Origin: Iphione sp. A-MEVVRFRX5
Taxonomy: Eukaryota
Reading direction: 5' to 3'
Length of the DNA stretch: 64,000 nt
NCBI GenBank assembly: GCA_976226885.1
Contig: OZ320320.1
Span: forward strand, 25,668,001 to 25,732,000
The notes beneath the pieces are model-generated. The model did no database searches. It was not told the origin of the DNA and saw only the letters and a program-made list of their open reading frames with translations. Within the stretch, counting starts at the first letter, position 1. Each line of letters starts with the position of its first letter. Positions 1 to 13,002 of the stretch are shown here, piece after piece. The position numbers were made by a program, and so were the translations under genes.

Positions 1-3000
1 GAACAAGGAGAGGCCCCTATGCTTCCCCTATAGCATTAAGGCTCGTGCTATCATCCAGGCCCACTTTCAGCGCCTAGAACTGCCTCCCAAAACACTTGAG
101 CTTGGTAAGTCGACCCCTGGATTCCTAATTAATGTCATTATCTAAATGCCACTGAAAAGTTGCGCACAGAAGAAAAGAATTTTCTAGATATCCCTAGTAA
201 TGTGTCTTTGTTAAATGCTCGGCGTGTAGTAATCCTACTTAGTCTTTAGTGGCACTAGGCCTTTTTGCATCGTCCTGCCAAGGAGCCATTTCACGGTTAT
301 CATCATTTATATAAGAGATTTGATTAGTTTATCCAAAAATGTCCCGAGAAGTCTCGTTTGCTGGTTGTAGGTGACCTTTGGTACCCAGACAGAATGTATT
401 TCAGGACATGCAGCCCTGTCTCTGTCCCAATTTTTCCAAGAAAAGTTTAGTCATCAGAGATACATGTGCATATGGTGAGGGATAGATCTATCTGGGATGG
501 GGCTAGAATGCCTTTCTTTTAGGATGCCAGGATATTGCCATAAACTGAATGAGTTTGAATTAGTTAACTTTCCAAACTACATCAGGAATTGTTCAGGTGA
601 CGTGTATACATTGTCTCCTGCAAAGTCACATTAGTGCTGTGGGTGAGGTGTGCGTGTGTGTACATACATTAATTTGCATATCATTTTTATTGCAATTACA
701 TAACTTTCACAGCTATTGCTCAGTTGCAACAGATTTCCACAAAAAGCCACCCAGTTTCCCCAGTTTTGGCTCAGTTTAAATGAATTTCCACCTCAAACCG
801 CACAGTTTCTACAGTCATCATTGAAATTACAGAGCTTCTACAGCTATCGCTCAGTTGTAACAGATTTCCACAAAAAGCCACCCAGTTTCCCCAGTTTTGG
901 CTCAATTTAAATGAATTTCCACCTCAAACCACACAATTTCCACAGTGATGGCTCCATTTGAAGAAATTTGCATCTACTATGACCTTCACGTTGCAACTAC
1001 ATCTGCAAATTATAACTATAATCAATATAGTATGAAACATGACCAGGAGTAATAGTGCTTTTTTGTAATATATCCCTCTATAAGTAAATAATTAATGAAA
1101 TATATGAGGCACAAGTCAGCTCTGATTATTTGTACTTATTTTCAATGAATGTTGTTATTTCCTTGACAGACCGTCAGTACATCATAAAGAAATGTCCTTA
1201 TCTCATCAATGAGATGGTGACCACTGTCGCTCAACTGGTGGCGCTAGCACATCATGGACGAGGTATGTTAATTACTGTTTTATAAAAGCATATGGAGCAA
1301 ATAGCTAAGGGAGGAACTGCAGTGTAAAGTTTATCTGAAATAGATATCTTTTGCCAAAGCTATTATCTTTTAACTTGAAATTGTAAATTTTCTCCATGAC
1401 ATGTTTTATTTTCAATGGAGGTCATATCCTCTATGGTCAGTATTTGTTGGAGGATAGTATGACCTCCATTATATGAGGCGAGTAAAATGAGTCATGGTGG
1501 GAGGGGCCTATTCTTTGAAGTCTGAGCCAGCTTGCACCCCCTTAGATCACTGAGGAGATAAAGTCTTCCCACGAGATGTGGAGATATCTCCAATGGTAGA
1601 ACTGGTGAGGGGAGGAGTTTGCATTGGGTTGAAAGCTAGTTGATTGGCAGATCCTTGCAGTGCGGGAGGGAAGGTGGGACCTCACATTAGTCAGGACCTT
1701 CACTTGATTAACAGGTCCTGGCTGAGCGGGAGGGAAGGTGGGTCATCGTGACCGGTGATTTCCCTCATAGCATTTTGCACCTAACCTATTTAGACATGTA
1801 TAAACGAGAAGCTCTAAAGCTCAGTCACTGAGTCTGCTCTGGTGTTCTGTCAGCCGCTCACAAACCCCGTCTGGAGACCATCGAGAACACGATGAAGGTA
1901 TCACAGATGATCGTTCAGGCACTCACGCAGTCAGTGAAGAGCCCGCTCTTGCAGCTGCCACACATCACGGAGGACATGTTGCGACACTTCCACAACAAGC
2001 GGGTGAGTCGAGCTCTGCGGTTGTCATGTCGTAGTTTGCAATCCAGTCTTGGGTTATAAAATCATTTTGACTGAGTAACCGTGGACTTTTTTTCCTCTGT
2101 GTGGTCTGTATTGATTTCGGTTGAGTAGGGATGGCCACACAGGTACCATGAGTATAATTTGGGTCATTGTTGGGAAAGGTAAAGAACCCTAGCTTAGCTT
2201 CTCAGTTTGTATGCTCGAGTCTTTCCACGAGTCTTGCTTTCATAGGAAATCGTAATGCAGAATGTAGTTAACATGCTTGAAAACAAAAGCAAAGGGATTG
2301 AAAAACAGTCACGGTAGCAGCATGGTCTCATTCTACTCCGGAGAATAGGTATCAATCCATTTAGAAGTAAAGAAGTGTCAGTTCATTTCATACAAATTCG
2401 AAACGTATTATTTAAAATTCTCAGTTTGGTTAAGTATACGAAGGTGGTACGTAGAATAAGAAAACCATATTAAGTTCTTTCTTTCCTAAGCTTTATAGGG
2501 AGAAGAAATGTTGCTGTCTGCCCCACTACCAAACGTTACAGGCCTAACCTTTACCCTCTTGTACTCCCGCCCCACACAGCGCCATGTCCGCACCATCCAG
2601 CAGTTTGTTCAACTCAAGGCGGACGAGCGGCGGCAACTGCTGCGGTCTTTAGGCGACGATGATTACCACGACGTCATGAATGTGTGTCGTACCCTGCCCT
2701 ACATCACCATGGAAGTGACTACTGAAGGTAATCTGGGCTGAAGTACTTACATTGGAACCGAGGCCTGTAGCAGGTACTCGGCTGCAAAATGATAAATGAC
2801 CGCCTATTAAATGATCTCACTATTGTTGAGGTGGTGATGCTTTATTCCTCGAGGACTTCTTTTTTTCTTTAAATAAGTGAGGACTACTTAAAGCAAAATG
2901 ATTACAGGAGCAATTATGTTATTATAGATTGGGGGTACCCTTTTTATGTTGTCTGTACGGCAAATATTACTTTTAACTTTTAGATCTGCATGACATATGC

Positions 3001-6000
3001 ATGTGACAAGGTTTTGCAAATTTAGCCTCACTTGGGAGTTTGCAGGTACATGTATACCTATGAGCAAAATATCTAGATCCTAATAAAACAGCAGAGATTG
3101 ACCGATCACCATGTTTTTGTCTACAACCTGTAGTACTGGATGATGAGGACAAAACCGTGACGGCAGGTTCCATCGTCACTGTCACGGTCAGGTTGAGACG
3201 TCAGAACATGGAAGTACTCTTTGACAACGAGACTGAGGTACAGACCAACATGGTGGACGAAGAGAAGGAGGAAGCAGAGGAGGACGCCCCTGCACCGGTC
3301 ACTGTGAGTAAAAATACAGGTTAACTCCCAAAAGTTGGCTTCTCCTACAGACTTTGTGGCCTGAGGCCACTTCCTTCCGCACATGTACGTTACCAAGGGA
3401 AGAAGAGGAATGGTAAACTGTACATTAACAATAACTGGACCAACCTACTGCCGTTTTCATTATAGCGTTGCTATAATCAAGCCTGTCATACAGCATTGAT
3501 TATACCAATGGGTCCTGTTTCGGTTTGTACTTAGAAAAGGGAATAGAAATAGTTCTTATGGTATTAACTTTGACCGCTCAAAAGAGGTATACCAAAGGGA
3601 TATATAGTGAAAGTTTCTGTATTCTGTGACCACTTAAAATCTTTTGATGAAGGTCCTGACATCTGTGTTTGTAAAAAATTGACGTTCTTATGACATTTAC
3701 TGTACCGGTGTAAAAGTGAATTCATCCGATTGTGTGTGCAAGAAGCAGATTCAGATGCGTCATAAACCTTTGCGGAACATGGGCCTTTTGCAGACGGACT
3801 CGCCTGTACGGAAACCAAAAGTTTGGGAGAAGCAGAAGAAGAAGAAAGGTGGTAAAGGTGCAAAGAAAGGTGGAAAGAAGACGGGCAAGAATGTGCCGGG
3901 CAAGAAGCCAGCTGCTGCCAACCCGACATCCACACCGGGGGGAAAGGAGGAGAAAGAGTCACCTGAGGCTAACGGGGTAAGTGGCTCCATGGTGGAGAGC
4001 TGGTATAAGATTGGGCGTTTTAAGATGTTGAGATACTAGATACATCGATACTTGAGAAAGGAAGTTTTTCATACCAACATAACTGGAGACATATTATCGT
4101 TATGGTCTCTGAAGTATTTGGAACTGTATAACTTAAAACACATAGTAGCCCCTGTTCTGTTACGTACTTTGGAAGACGTGCATTCTGTGTGTTTTAAAGG
4201 AATCCCTTATTTCTTTTCATCATGCACTTGAACGAGCTCTCCATCGTTTTGAGAAGCGAAGTAAGGTTGTACATCTAGTGAAACGGGTATAAAAATCCAA
4301 GTATAAAAAATGCGATTACGTTTTTTTCACAAATGAACAATAGATTCGGTTCGATTATGGTTATGTGCATTTTTCCCCCGTTACTGTACATCCAGCGTAA
4401 TGTAATTTACCAGGTAGAGTTGGCAACAATGACGATCATTGCTTACTCTTTCTGCTTTGCTATGTCAGACCATAGAAAAACCACCGAAACGGGTTAAGCC
4501 AAAGAGGGACGAGGACCAATCCACAGACGACGAGAGCGGGGAGGAGTCAGAGGTGGACGGGGAAGGGAGTGAGGGGGAGGATAACGAGGTTGTAGAAGAT
4601 GACGAGGAGGACTGGTTGAAGTTCCAAGAGGAAGCCAAGAAGGAAAATATTCTCGAGACCAAATCCAAGGAGACACACCTGGTGCACTGTCCCTATTTCC
4701 CAGGCGTGAGTATTTCCTTTGAAACAAAAAATGATAACACGTAATAGAAAAAGTTTCATAGACACGAAAACAAAGTAATCCCCTAAGGGAAGAGAGTTGG
4801 GAGCATGGCAATCTTTAGTTGAGCAATCATTTCATGGTCGAAAGCGCACTCTTTTATTGTTTGTTGGCTCGTATTGACAAGAAGCTGTTCCATTCTGTGA
4901 CAATTAGTCGAATAGGGTAGAACTGATGATGTCACCGGAGGAATCGTTTTGACTCCCCACCACGCCCCAGTCACATCCTGACAGCTAGTCTAGCTTCGTC
5001 ATAAGTACAACAAGTAATTTCTTATATCTGCAGATGCACTGATCTGTCTAACCCAGAATATCCATATACATACATGTACATGTGCACAGCAAAGGGCTTT
5101 GCGAGTACTGGATCGAAGTTTCGATTCACAAGACTTTCAAAATGTAGCAGACGAGTAAATACTTGCTTTACACACTCAACATTTACTATGGTAGAATTGC
5201 ACTCTCGCCCGACTGTTGAAGAGTAGCTCTCGTGAGAGGAAAGCTTCCTCGGAAAGGGGTTTAAATAAGAGTAATTGTTTTATGCCTGACCATTCTATCA
5301 AGGTTTATGTACTAAGGAGACAGGCGAAGACCCTGAGAAATGCTATTATGACGTCGCTCGACGTTGATGTTGTGATTGTTTCATCATGCAGGTCAAATAT
5401 GAATGGTGGTGGGTGTATGTTGCCGACCGCAAACAGCATATTCTCATCACAGCCCCAGCACAAATAACTAGTCTGAAAGAAGAAGAAGAGGTAAGACAAT
5501 ACTATCAACCAATGCAGGCCATTCTGGAAAACATTTGACTGTCTTGAGAACATGTTTGAACCACCAACTAAAACTGACACTGCATGAGCAGTTAATTGTT
5601 CCTAGTACAGTATGAAGATCACCTTTAAAGTCGTGTGGAATTACCTATCGATATTTAAGATAACGGATGACTTATGCAGTTTGTTCCTTCTTTCACAGAT
5701 TCAACTAAAGTTTTCAGCGCCACCCAAACCAGGAATGTATGAGTATTCTGTGTTATTGAAGTCAGATTCCTATCTACTAGAATTCGACAAAGTACAGAAA
5801 ATCAAGGTATTGTGTAATATGTTCTTGTGTTCTCACTGAAATCAGATTTACGCGGTACAAATTTACGTGTTGAACCTTTGGTACCTTAACAGTACCTGGA
5901 AAGCTGTAAAATATATTCAAGGGAATTAAAGCTTAGTGGATAGGGTTAATATGAAGTCGCTACATTATCATACACAATTCATATCGATACCAACAGAATA

Positions 6001-6277
6001 ATGTATGAAGTTACAGTTGTTTACACACAGTCTTTGTGTTTGTATTTTAAACGTATTTCCTACAACTATAAAGAAGTATGATATAAGGTTTGTAACATTT
6101 TCTGTTGAATAATGCCCATGATGTTGCCATTTGCCATTACAGTTGGATGTGAAAGAGGCACGAAAGGTAGAGAACCACCCACAGTGGGACCTGTCTGATG
6201 AGGAAGATGAAGATAAGGCTGATGCAGAGGGTACTGAGACAGAGGAGGACTCATATGAAGATTCAGATGATGAATAA
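1..6277 (+). CDS. SEC63: Translocation protein SEC63, 3' part (Sec63/Brl domain to acidic C-terminus); 5' exons lie outside the window
   Basis: Ten GT-AG exons join in frame (1425 nt from position 2): 2-104, 1170-1262, 1854-2002, 2580-2727, 3134-3303, 3794-3976, 4469-4705, 5392-5490, 5699-5806, 6143-6277 (TAA). Peptides such as KSPLLQLPHITED, VLDDEDKTVTAGSIVTVTVRL, LETKSKETHLVHCPYFP, EWWWVYVADRKQ, LKFSAPPKPGMYEYSVLLKSDSY and ENHPQWD plus an acidic tail match vertebrate SEC63 as I recall it. Confidence 0.95.
710..945 (+). repeat. Tandem duplication with 131-bp period in SEC63 intron; reverse-complement relative of the GTGGAAATTG minisatellite family at 14-17.6 kb
   Basis: cagctattgctcagttgcaacagatttccacaaaaagcc... 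starts at 710 and recurs at 841 with few substitutions. Confidence 0.85.
1415..1469 (+). other. 55-nt hairpin element, copy 1 (intron of SEC63)
   Basis: Perfect 12-bp arms ATGGAGGTCATA (1415-1426) and TATGACCTCCAT (1458-1469) around a 31-nt spacer that has an inner 7-bp stem. A homologous copy lies at 31303-31357. Confidence 0.75.
4923..4981 (+). ncRNA. Weak candidate intronic C/D-box snoRNA-like segment
   Basis: TGATGA (4924-4929) ... CTGA (4978-4981) enclose ACTCCCCACC and CGCCCCAGTCA, both antisense to the conserved LSU rRNA segment GGUGGGGAGUUUGACUGGGGCG (recalled sequence). Box spacing and terminal stem are non-canonical. Confidence 0.18.
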
Positions 6278-7450
6278 AGTGACCTTGCCTTCCTCTGCAA
6301 GCATCCAACACACAGGATGTGCCCACCACTGCATTGTCACATGGATGCCCCGACGAGAGACCTGGCAACCACCGTGGCCACAGCTGTGCGGTTCGGCCTC
6401 AAAGGAGACTGACTGCAGTGGCCACCTTGATACGAGCCCGCTCCTTCCGACACCAGCACCCAAACTGCCAACTCTGCCATTCAGTGTCCACAGGGAGTGC
6501 TGCCTGTGGCGAAGTCCAAGTTTCCCAATCTTTGCTGTAATGCTTCTTTGCGTCTAAGTGACCTATGCTGCCTTTCATTTGAAGACCTCCACTGCTGTTG
6601 GTAAGGCCCTCCTCCGGTGCATGGGTTTAATCACCTGCAGTGATGTTTGGTAGGTCTGTCACAGTGAAGTCCTCTATCGAGTCACCACTTCCCTTGCTGT
6701 CACTAATGCTGTTGATCTTTATGAGACCTGCAGGCGCCCCGTGCCACCACTGTCATTACGTAGATAAAATGGTGGAAAGACCTGAAATTCCCACCGAGGT
6801 GCCACCTACCCCTCGGATGGAGGTCAACCCCTGCAGTCGATGTGTTCATGACTGGCAATGATGGCGTGACCCATTTCAAGGCATTTAGATACCTTAAACA
6901 GCGAGATGGAACCCAAATGTTGGGATGCGGGAACATTGCCTCTTAGTAAGAGAAGTTCAGATGGATGAGGATGGATTACATTTTACCGAAGCAATATACT
7001 TCCAGCTCGATAACTGCAAGCAGTGTATGGCAGAGTTAGAGCTTGTGTGAAGAGAAATCATTATTTTACATCGGCAACAATGCGAGAACTTTGGTTTTGG
7101 CATTGTATGTTATTGGCAACAGAGAGCATGTGATATTAACCTTGCCATAGAAACAGATGTGAATTCTTTGTACGCAGGCAGACATTGTGTATGCTCTATT
7201 GGTCAGGTCTCTCTGTACTCAGGCCACATCGTCTAAATTTGACGCTTAGTCTGTGTGCTTACTAAAAGGCCTTATGAAGGGCAAAAGTCTCGATATGGGA
7301 ACAGGTGGTTTTTTTTTAACTCTCTCTTTCAGTTCACCACAATTGCCCTTGGATATTATCTCTGAAAAAAGTTCGTCTCCAACGTTTTCAATATTTGCGG
7401 TAAGATACTAACAGTGTCAGTTGTGAATGAAATTTATGGACATAGAGAAA

Positions 7451-7545
7451 AAAAAATTATGTTGATATTCATCAAGTAAAACGGTTTTGAGGGCAGAGAA
7501 GAAAAAATTATGTTGATATTCATCAAGTAAAACGGTATTGAAGGG
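7451..7545 (+). repeat. Tandem duplication with 51-bp period
   Basis: aaaaaattatgttgatattcatcaagtaaaacggt occurs twice, 51 nt apart. Confidence 0.85.
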
Positions 7546-10500
7546 ACAGTTTGACAGGTGTTGCTCGCAAGCATGGGCTATTGTCGTCTGTCTGTCTCCT
7601 TTTAAGACAAGGTTCACGTATATATGTGTTAGCAGTGAGGACTCGGTTGTTCCTTTTCTACATTTGGTCACTCTTTTTTTTGTACGTGAGAAATCGGGAT
7701 CAGTTTTCCTGTTCTCTGCTATTCATGCCTCACCTTTTCTTCACGGCCACAACACTGCGTATCAGTGATAGGGTTTCCACTAAGGAAACGAATCGGTCTT
7801 GGTATCCTTACATTTGTAATCTGAAAGCTGGATGTAGAAAACAAAATTGAAACAAGGATGTTGTGACAGCCTCTCGTTTGATTTTATTTTCGGTATGAAG
7901 TATTGTAAAACAGAATATGGTTTCTTCATTTCATTCCATAACTTTAAACCTAATCTTAATGTAGGAATATCTGTATCGAAACATCTTTCTAAACGTATCT
8001 CATTTTCGAAACGTTCGTTGCTATGTTTGTGAAAGACTTATTTAGACAATTTTGCTTTTCAAAAAAGTACTACTGAATATAACTTACCAGACTGATGCCG
8101 GGGCCACTCCAGATGTTTAGATTCTTCTTTCCATGCCACATTTCCATAATACTGATTTTTAACCTGTATTGAAGTAAGATCGCTCTACATTTTGTCATTT
8201 ATCAGCTGTGCTTGATTGGAGTATGTGGAGATTTAGTGTGTGAGAGGATCAGAGCTCTGCAGTGTCTGTTATTGTAAGAATATATATTCGTTTCACTCTG
8301 TTTAAAAGGGTATTGATATGTATGGGCATACATCTATGTATACATGCGTGTCTTTATACATGTATATATATAGACGCAAGATATAAACACATATATTAGT
8401 GACATCGTTGTCTGGTTGAAATCAGAAATGAGTTTTCGTTCTTATATACATGGAGCTGATTAAATCAAACTTCTTTTCCCATGTTGCGAAGGATAAAATC
8501 CATGGAGATCAGGTCATCAGAGATGAGTTACTTAACTCTCACCTTTCCTCCTACTATATAGCGTAAAATCCATCAAGACAAAATGTGTTGTTAATACTCA
8601 ATTTCAGATGTAATTCCTCAGTCATGGGTCTCTTTCGTCGTTTTTTCTGTGGCATGATGAACGAACGACCAACTGAAAAAAAACTTCATTAGTGAACATC
8701 GGGCATACGTACAACCTTACTTCGTCCATTTCCAGGTCGTTTCCGATACAAGTTACCATAAAATACATCAGGTTCCTTATTTCTGTTTGAATGAATGTTC
8801 TCATGGAGGTCTTCCAGTGTCTGTCTGGAGGAACATCTCCAGATTGGCACCATTGCTGTAAGAATATATGTCCTGACCTTCCACAACCCACCTAATAACT
8901 AGCGAGTTCTAGCAGCTCCTCCCCTCCCTCCTCTTCTGTCAGACGTGTGCTTTCCCGTCTCTTCCTCGCCCATTCCATAAAGGCAAAATGCTCTAATGGT
9001 GGGAAGACCTGTCATTAGAGTGGGTCAATTGTCCCCTGATCTATTTAGTTGGTATGTGTAACCTTCGCTTCTTAACTTAGCTGGGCACCATTCCCATTGC
9101 AGAGGGAATGGGAAGGTAGACTGGTGCTTAGTCCCACCCTTATATATGCCGGGTCTCTGCCTCATACTCTCCTGTCTCTCCCATGTGTTTCCTTGTTTTC
9201 CTTTACTGACTCTTGTGCCCCGTCGTACTAATCATCTTAACACTTTCATCTCGGCATCTTATTGAACCAGTGTGATCTATAAGATGTGTAGAGTTGTTTC
9301 TTTAGTCTTTTCTACCCACCCCTCAAGTTGCACCAGGTCTTAGTTCGGTGTTATCTGCCCAGATCTTTCCAAGCTCGTTCTCTTTTTTTCCCGCATCCTT
9401 TCCGATAAAGAGGGAATGTGGAGCCAGAGCCAGAGCTGTCGATGTTCATTCCTTCACACCCAGTTTGTCCGTCTCCTTATCCCCCAAACCCTTATATTCG
9501 GGAGTCTCTTTAATTGCTCTTGCAGCCGCTTCCCCTCCGCCCCCCCCCCCCCAGTCTTTCCATTGCTCCCTCCTTCATGCTACGCCTTCCCTTTGTGCGT
9601 TTGTGTCCCTCCCTCACTCCTGTCTCCGTATCAGTTCCCCATCTCCAACTGGTCCTTCACTACATTCTCACTCGGCTTTGCTTTCCATCCTTTAGTGTGG
9701 TACCATTTCAGGGATGATTTTTTTTCTCAAATCTATTTTTAATACTGTCTACAGATTACAGCATGCACATTGATATTGATACTTTCGTATTAATAATTCG
9801 TAGTGGTACTCGTATTAGTATTCATACTATGATCTCCTACATCATAACTATATCTTTTTTTTTATCGTGACTTCAAATTACCTTACTAGTACTGCTACCT
9901 TGACATCACCTATCTGTATTCACCTCACCGTAATCGTCAGGAATTCTGCATCCGATGAAAAAGTAAACGAAAGGGAAGACCTCCATCAGCACAGCTAATA
10001 GCTGAATTCGGACATCGTTGTACTCACTGGTGCTGTTTTCTTTAGTCTACGGTATTGTTCAATCTTAAAGTGACCTCAGTATTTCACAGATCAGTAACTG
10101 GCGTTCCGTTCCTCACTTGCAAACATGAAGGTAATTAAGGGTCCGCCAATCGACTAATTATCCCAGACCAGAAACCCCGTGACAAAGCTCGGTCTCTAGC
10201 TGATGAATGTTATTAGGATGCTTGTAGTTTTGGTTTGAAACATGTCCGTCAAGCTCTCTGAAATCAGGAAATTGTCAGTTTAAGTCCCTAGAAGCATGGA
10301 CATAAAGAGGTAAATATGCAGTTATTGGCATTGGCAACAAGTTTCCACAGGCAGAATGTTAAAGGTTAACGGATGCTAAAGGGAATCGTATTATAGTTTG
10401 AGTTAAAGGAGATCACAAAGCGATGCACCATGGACCACAATGTTTAATTGGTTAATCAATTTTCTATTCCATCGTCATGATTATAAAAAGTGGGTCATAG

Positions 10501-12395
10501 AGCGATCCCCTCACAAAACCGCGTGGGTGTGGAAGTATGTGCAACTTTTGGAATGTTGCCTTTGTATTCTGTGTAGTTGCCCGTGATGTGTACTAGTTGC
10601 TGATCGCGGTGTATCCTGGAGCATGAACGTGAGCATTGTGGTTCATGACAAAGATTACATGTATCTTCAGTAAGGATCTTTGAGAATTTTCTTTGCGTTT
10701 GTGTTAACTAATCGTACAGCTAATGGGTACTGCTTTGTGGGTGGTTCTTCTGGTTTAAAAGTAAACTCATTCCGTTGTACTTTTTTTTTGTCTATTACCT
10801 TCACCAAAGGGTAGGTTTCTATGTGTGTCCTCTCCGATTAACTGCATCTGTATTAGTTCATGATGACGTTTGGTGTTTGTTCTTTCATTGTCAGTACAAT
10901 TTGGGAATTCCAATTCTCCTGCCTTTTACCACGTTGACCAGCTAATTATGAAATTAAGACGCCCAGAAGGACCCTCGAAAAAAAGTCGCGTATTTTGTGA
11001 ATTAAAACTTGGTCCTTTTTAAGTTGTGCCGACATTACGGGAGCGTAACTGTTTGTTCCCCGGCACCCCTCCTCAGCACACTCGCGTGTGCTTCATGTTG
11101 GCGGGTGATGTTCCGCTGGTCACAGTCCGGGGGGTACTCGCGATAAAATCTGGGAGAGCAGCTGTCGGGATGGGTTGGAGCACCTTAATGCAACTGCGAC
11201 TGGAAAGACTTTGTCATCTTCCTTTAAAACGCCTGTTGGATCTGCAGTCGATGTTTTTAAGAGGGCATGTGATCATCTCGCTGCTTTTACCGCAATGAAA
11301 TGAAAGCCCTGTCAGCGACGAAGGGCAAGACGACGCGAATCGAGTTCAGCCTACGTGCGTGTTTGTAACCGTCATCTAATATGCACATTCGAATTATTCA
11401 GTTGCATGTAAAATACGACATATACTAGATGTGTCCAAATAAAATGACCTCTATACATACTGGGGCAAAGTATTAAAAATGGTTCCAAGAGTATGCCCAC
11501 TTAGTTAGGACATCGGAACGCAGTCAGAGGTGAAATCATTGTGCAGGCGTCGAAACTGAAGTCATGTTTGTATCACGATATATTTTCGCAAATGACAACG
11601 GTGACGGGAAGGGGGGAGGGGGGGAATCTATTCATTTCGTTCTAGCCCGTTTCAATTCAATGTCTATTTTGTCAGAAGCCTACTTTGGTAACATTACTAG
11701 TTTATTTTTTCACAAAGATGAGAGTGATCTCCTGGTTCCTTTTTTTTCAGACTGGGACCGTCCCAACACCCAGATGGCGACGGGGCCAGGTGGGGAGGGT
11801 GGAGGGGAGGGGGATATATATACATGTAACGGGAAATGTCCTAAGCAGACGCTAACAGTCATGTGTACTGGCCATGTTTTGAGATGGAATGCAAAATTGG
11901 ACTATTATGAATAAGTTGTCGTTCATGAATAAATTATTGATTCTGATGAGTATTCCTACTTGTTCGCGTATGTTTGACGTGGCAGTTATCAACTTCCATG
12001 TACATGTACATGTCTATGTCAGTACTAGCTACATTCTTACGATGAGGCGAAGACCAGGTAAATGGTTTCTAGACGCAACCATGGAGGGGAGGTAAGGACA
12101 TTGGTTGCCACAGTAGAAAACCGTACCTTGTCATCCAGTGGATATGGAGAAAGGAAAAGACAACAACTGGTCATTTTTTTATGGTAAATGAAAAAAACAA
12201 AAGGATGATAACCCCTGGCCGAAGCAGGTGTCCGTTCTGAAAGAAGTATTGAAGGTATGGCGATGTAAGTCAACTGACCATACATTGTTGAATGACCCTG
12301 ACACCCAGAACTGGACTGAGGTATGGTCATGTGTATGGGCGCATACAATGTCAGCGGATGCAAGAGGGGTTCTCACCAGCTGACCTGTGGAGTAA

Positions 12396-13002
12396 GGCCC
12401 AGTTTCCTTACCTGCGTTGGTGTGCGGCGAGGTGCAGAGGAAGTCTGCATGCATTTCCAGTGCATTTGTGTGCGTTGTAATTTTATTGCATGGCAACGCA
12501 CAGGGTTGTCCTCGTACATGCATGTGTTTGTGTGCGAATGAGGGGAAAAATACAAAAAACGGCCAAAAAACACTGTAAATATGCATATTTCATGGAAAAC
12601 ATGCTGAAAATGGCATATTTCAAGGAAAACTACCAGGAAAACGGCAGTTTACATGGAAAATCGGCTGAAAAACAGCTTATTTCATGGAAAACACCCCTAA
12701 AAATGGCAAAAATGTGTGGAAAAATTCCAGAAAAAGCAACATTGTGTGGAAATGTGCAGATATGTGCAGTAATGACACTCAAAAGTGAAGAATTGTGAAG
12801 AAATGGCAGTGCGTTGCCATCCGTGTGCGTCAAATTTACGGTACCGGACCGAAAACAGGCAACGCACTTCATCGCACATCACCGCACATGGACACCACCA
12901 CAGGTATGGGACACCCTTCACTCATTGTCTATTGTCTGATAAATACGCATGGGAATGCATAGAAATGCACATGGACACCACCGCAGGTTTGGAAACCGGG
13001 CC
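12396..13002. mobile_element. Non-autonomous PIF/Harbinger-type MITE (607 bp)
   Basis: TIRs GGCCCAGTTTCCTTACCTGCGTTGGTGT and revcomp GGCCCGGTTTCCAAACCTGCGGTGGTGT (24/28 identical). TAA on both flanks (12393-12395, 13003-13005). Internal ~29-bp degenerate catggaaaa minisatellite. A TAA/TTA TSD with GGC-starting TIRs is the established Harbinger signature. Confidence 0.8.

Noticed and set aside
8622-8891. Overlapping 89-aa and 65-aa ORFs as a small gene
   Set aside because: No recognisable motif and no consistent exon chain.
9078-9095. TGGTGCCCAGCTAAG (minus strand) as an LTR primer-binding site
   Set aside because: I cannot match it to a tRNA 3' end and no LTR pair is visible.
10090-11790. 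Exon-like pieces 10090-10130 (CAG|...CAAACATGAAG|GT) and ~11751-11789 as a hidden gene
   Set aside because: Splice signals look reasonable, but I could not chain them into any ORF with a recognisable product. RNA-seq would be needed.
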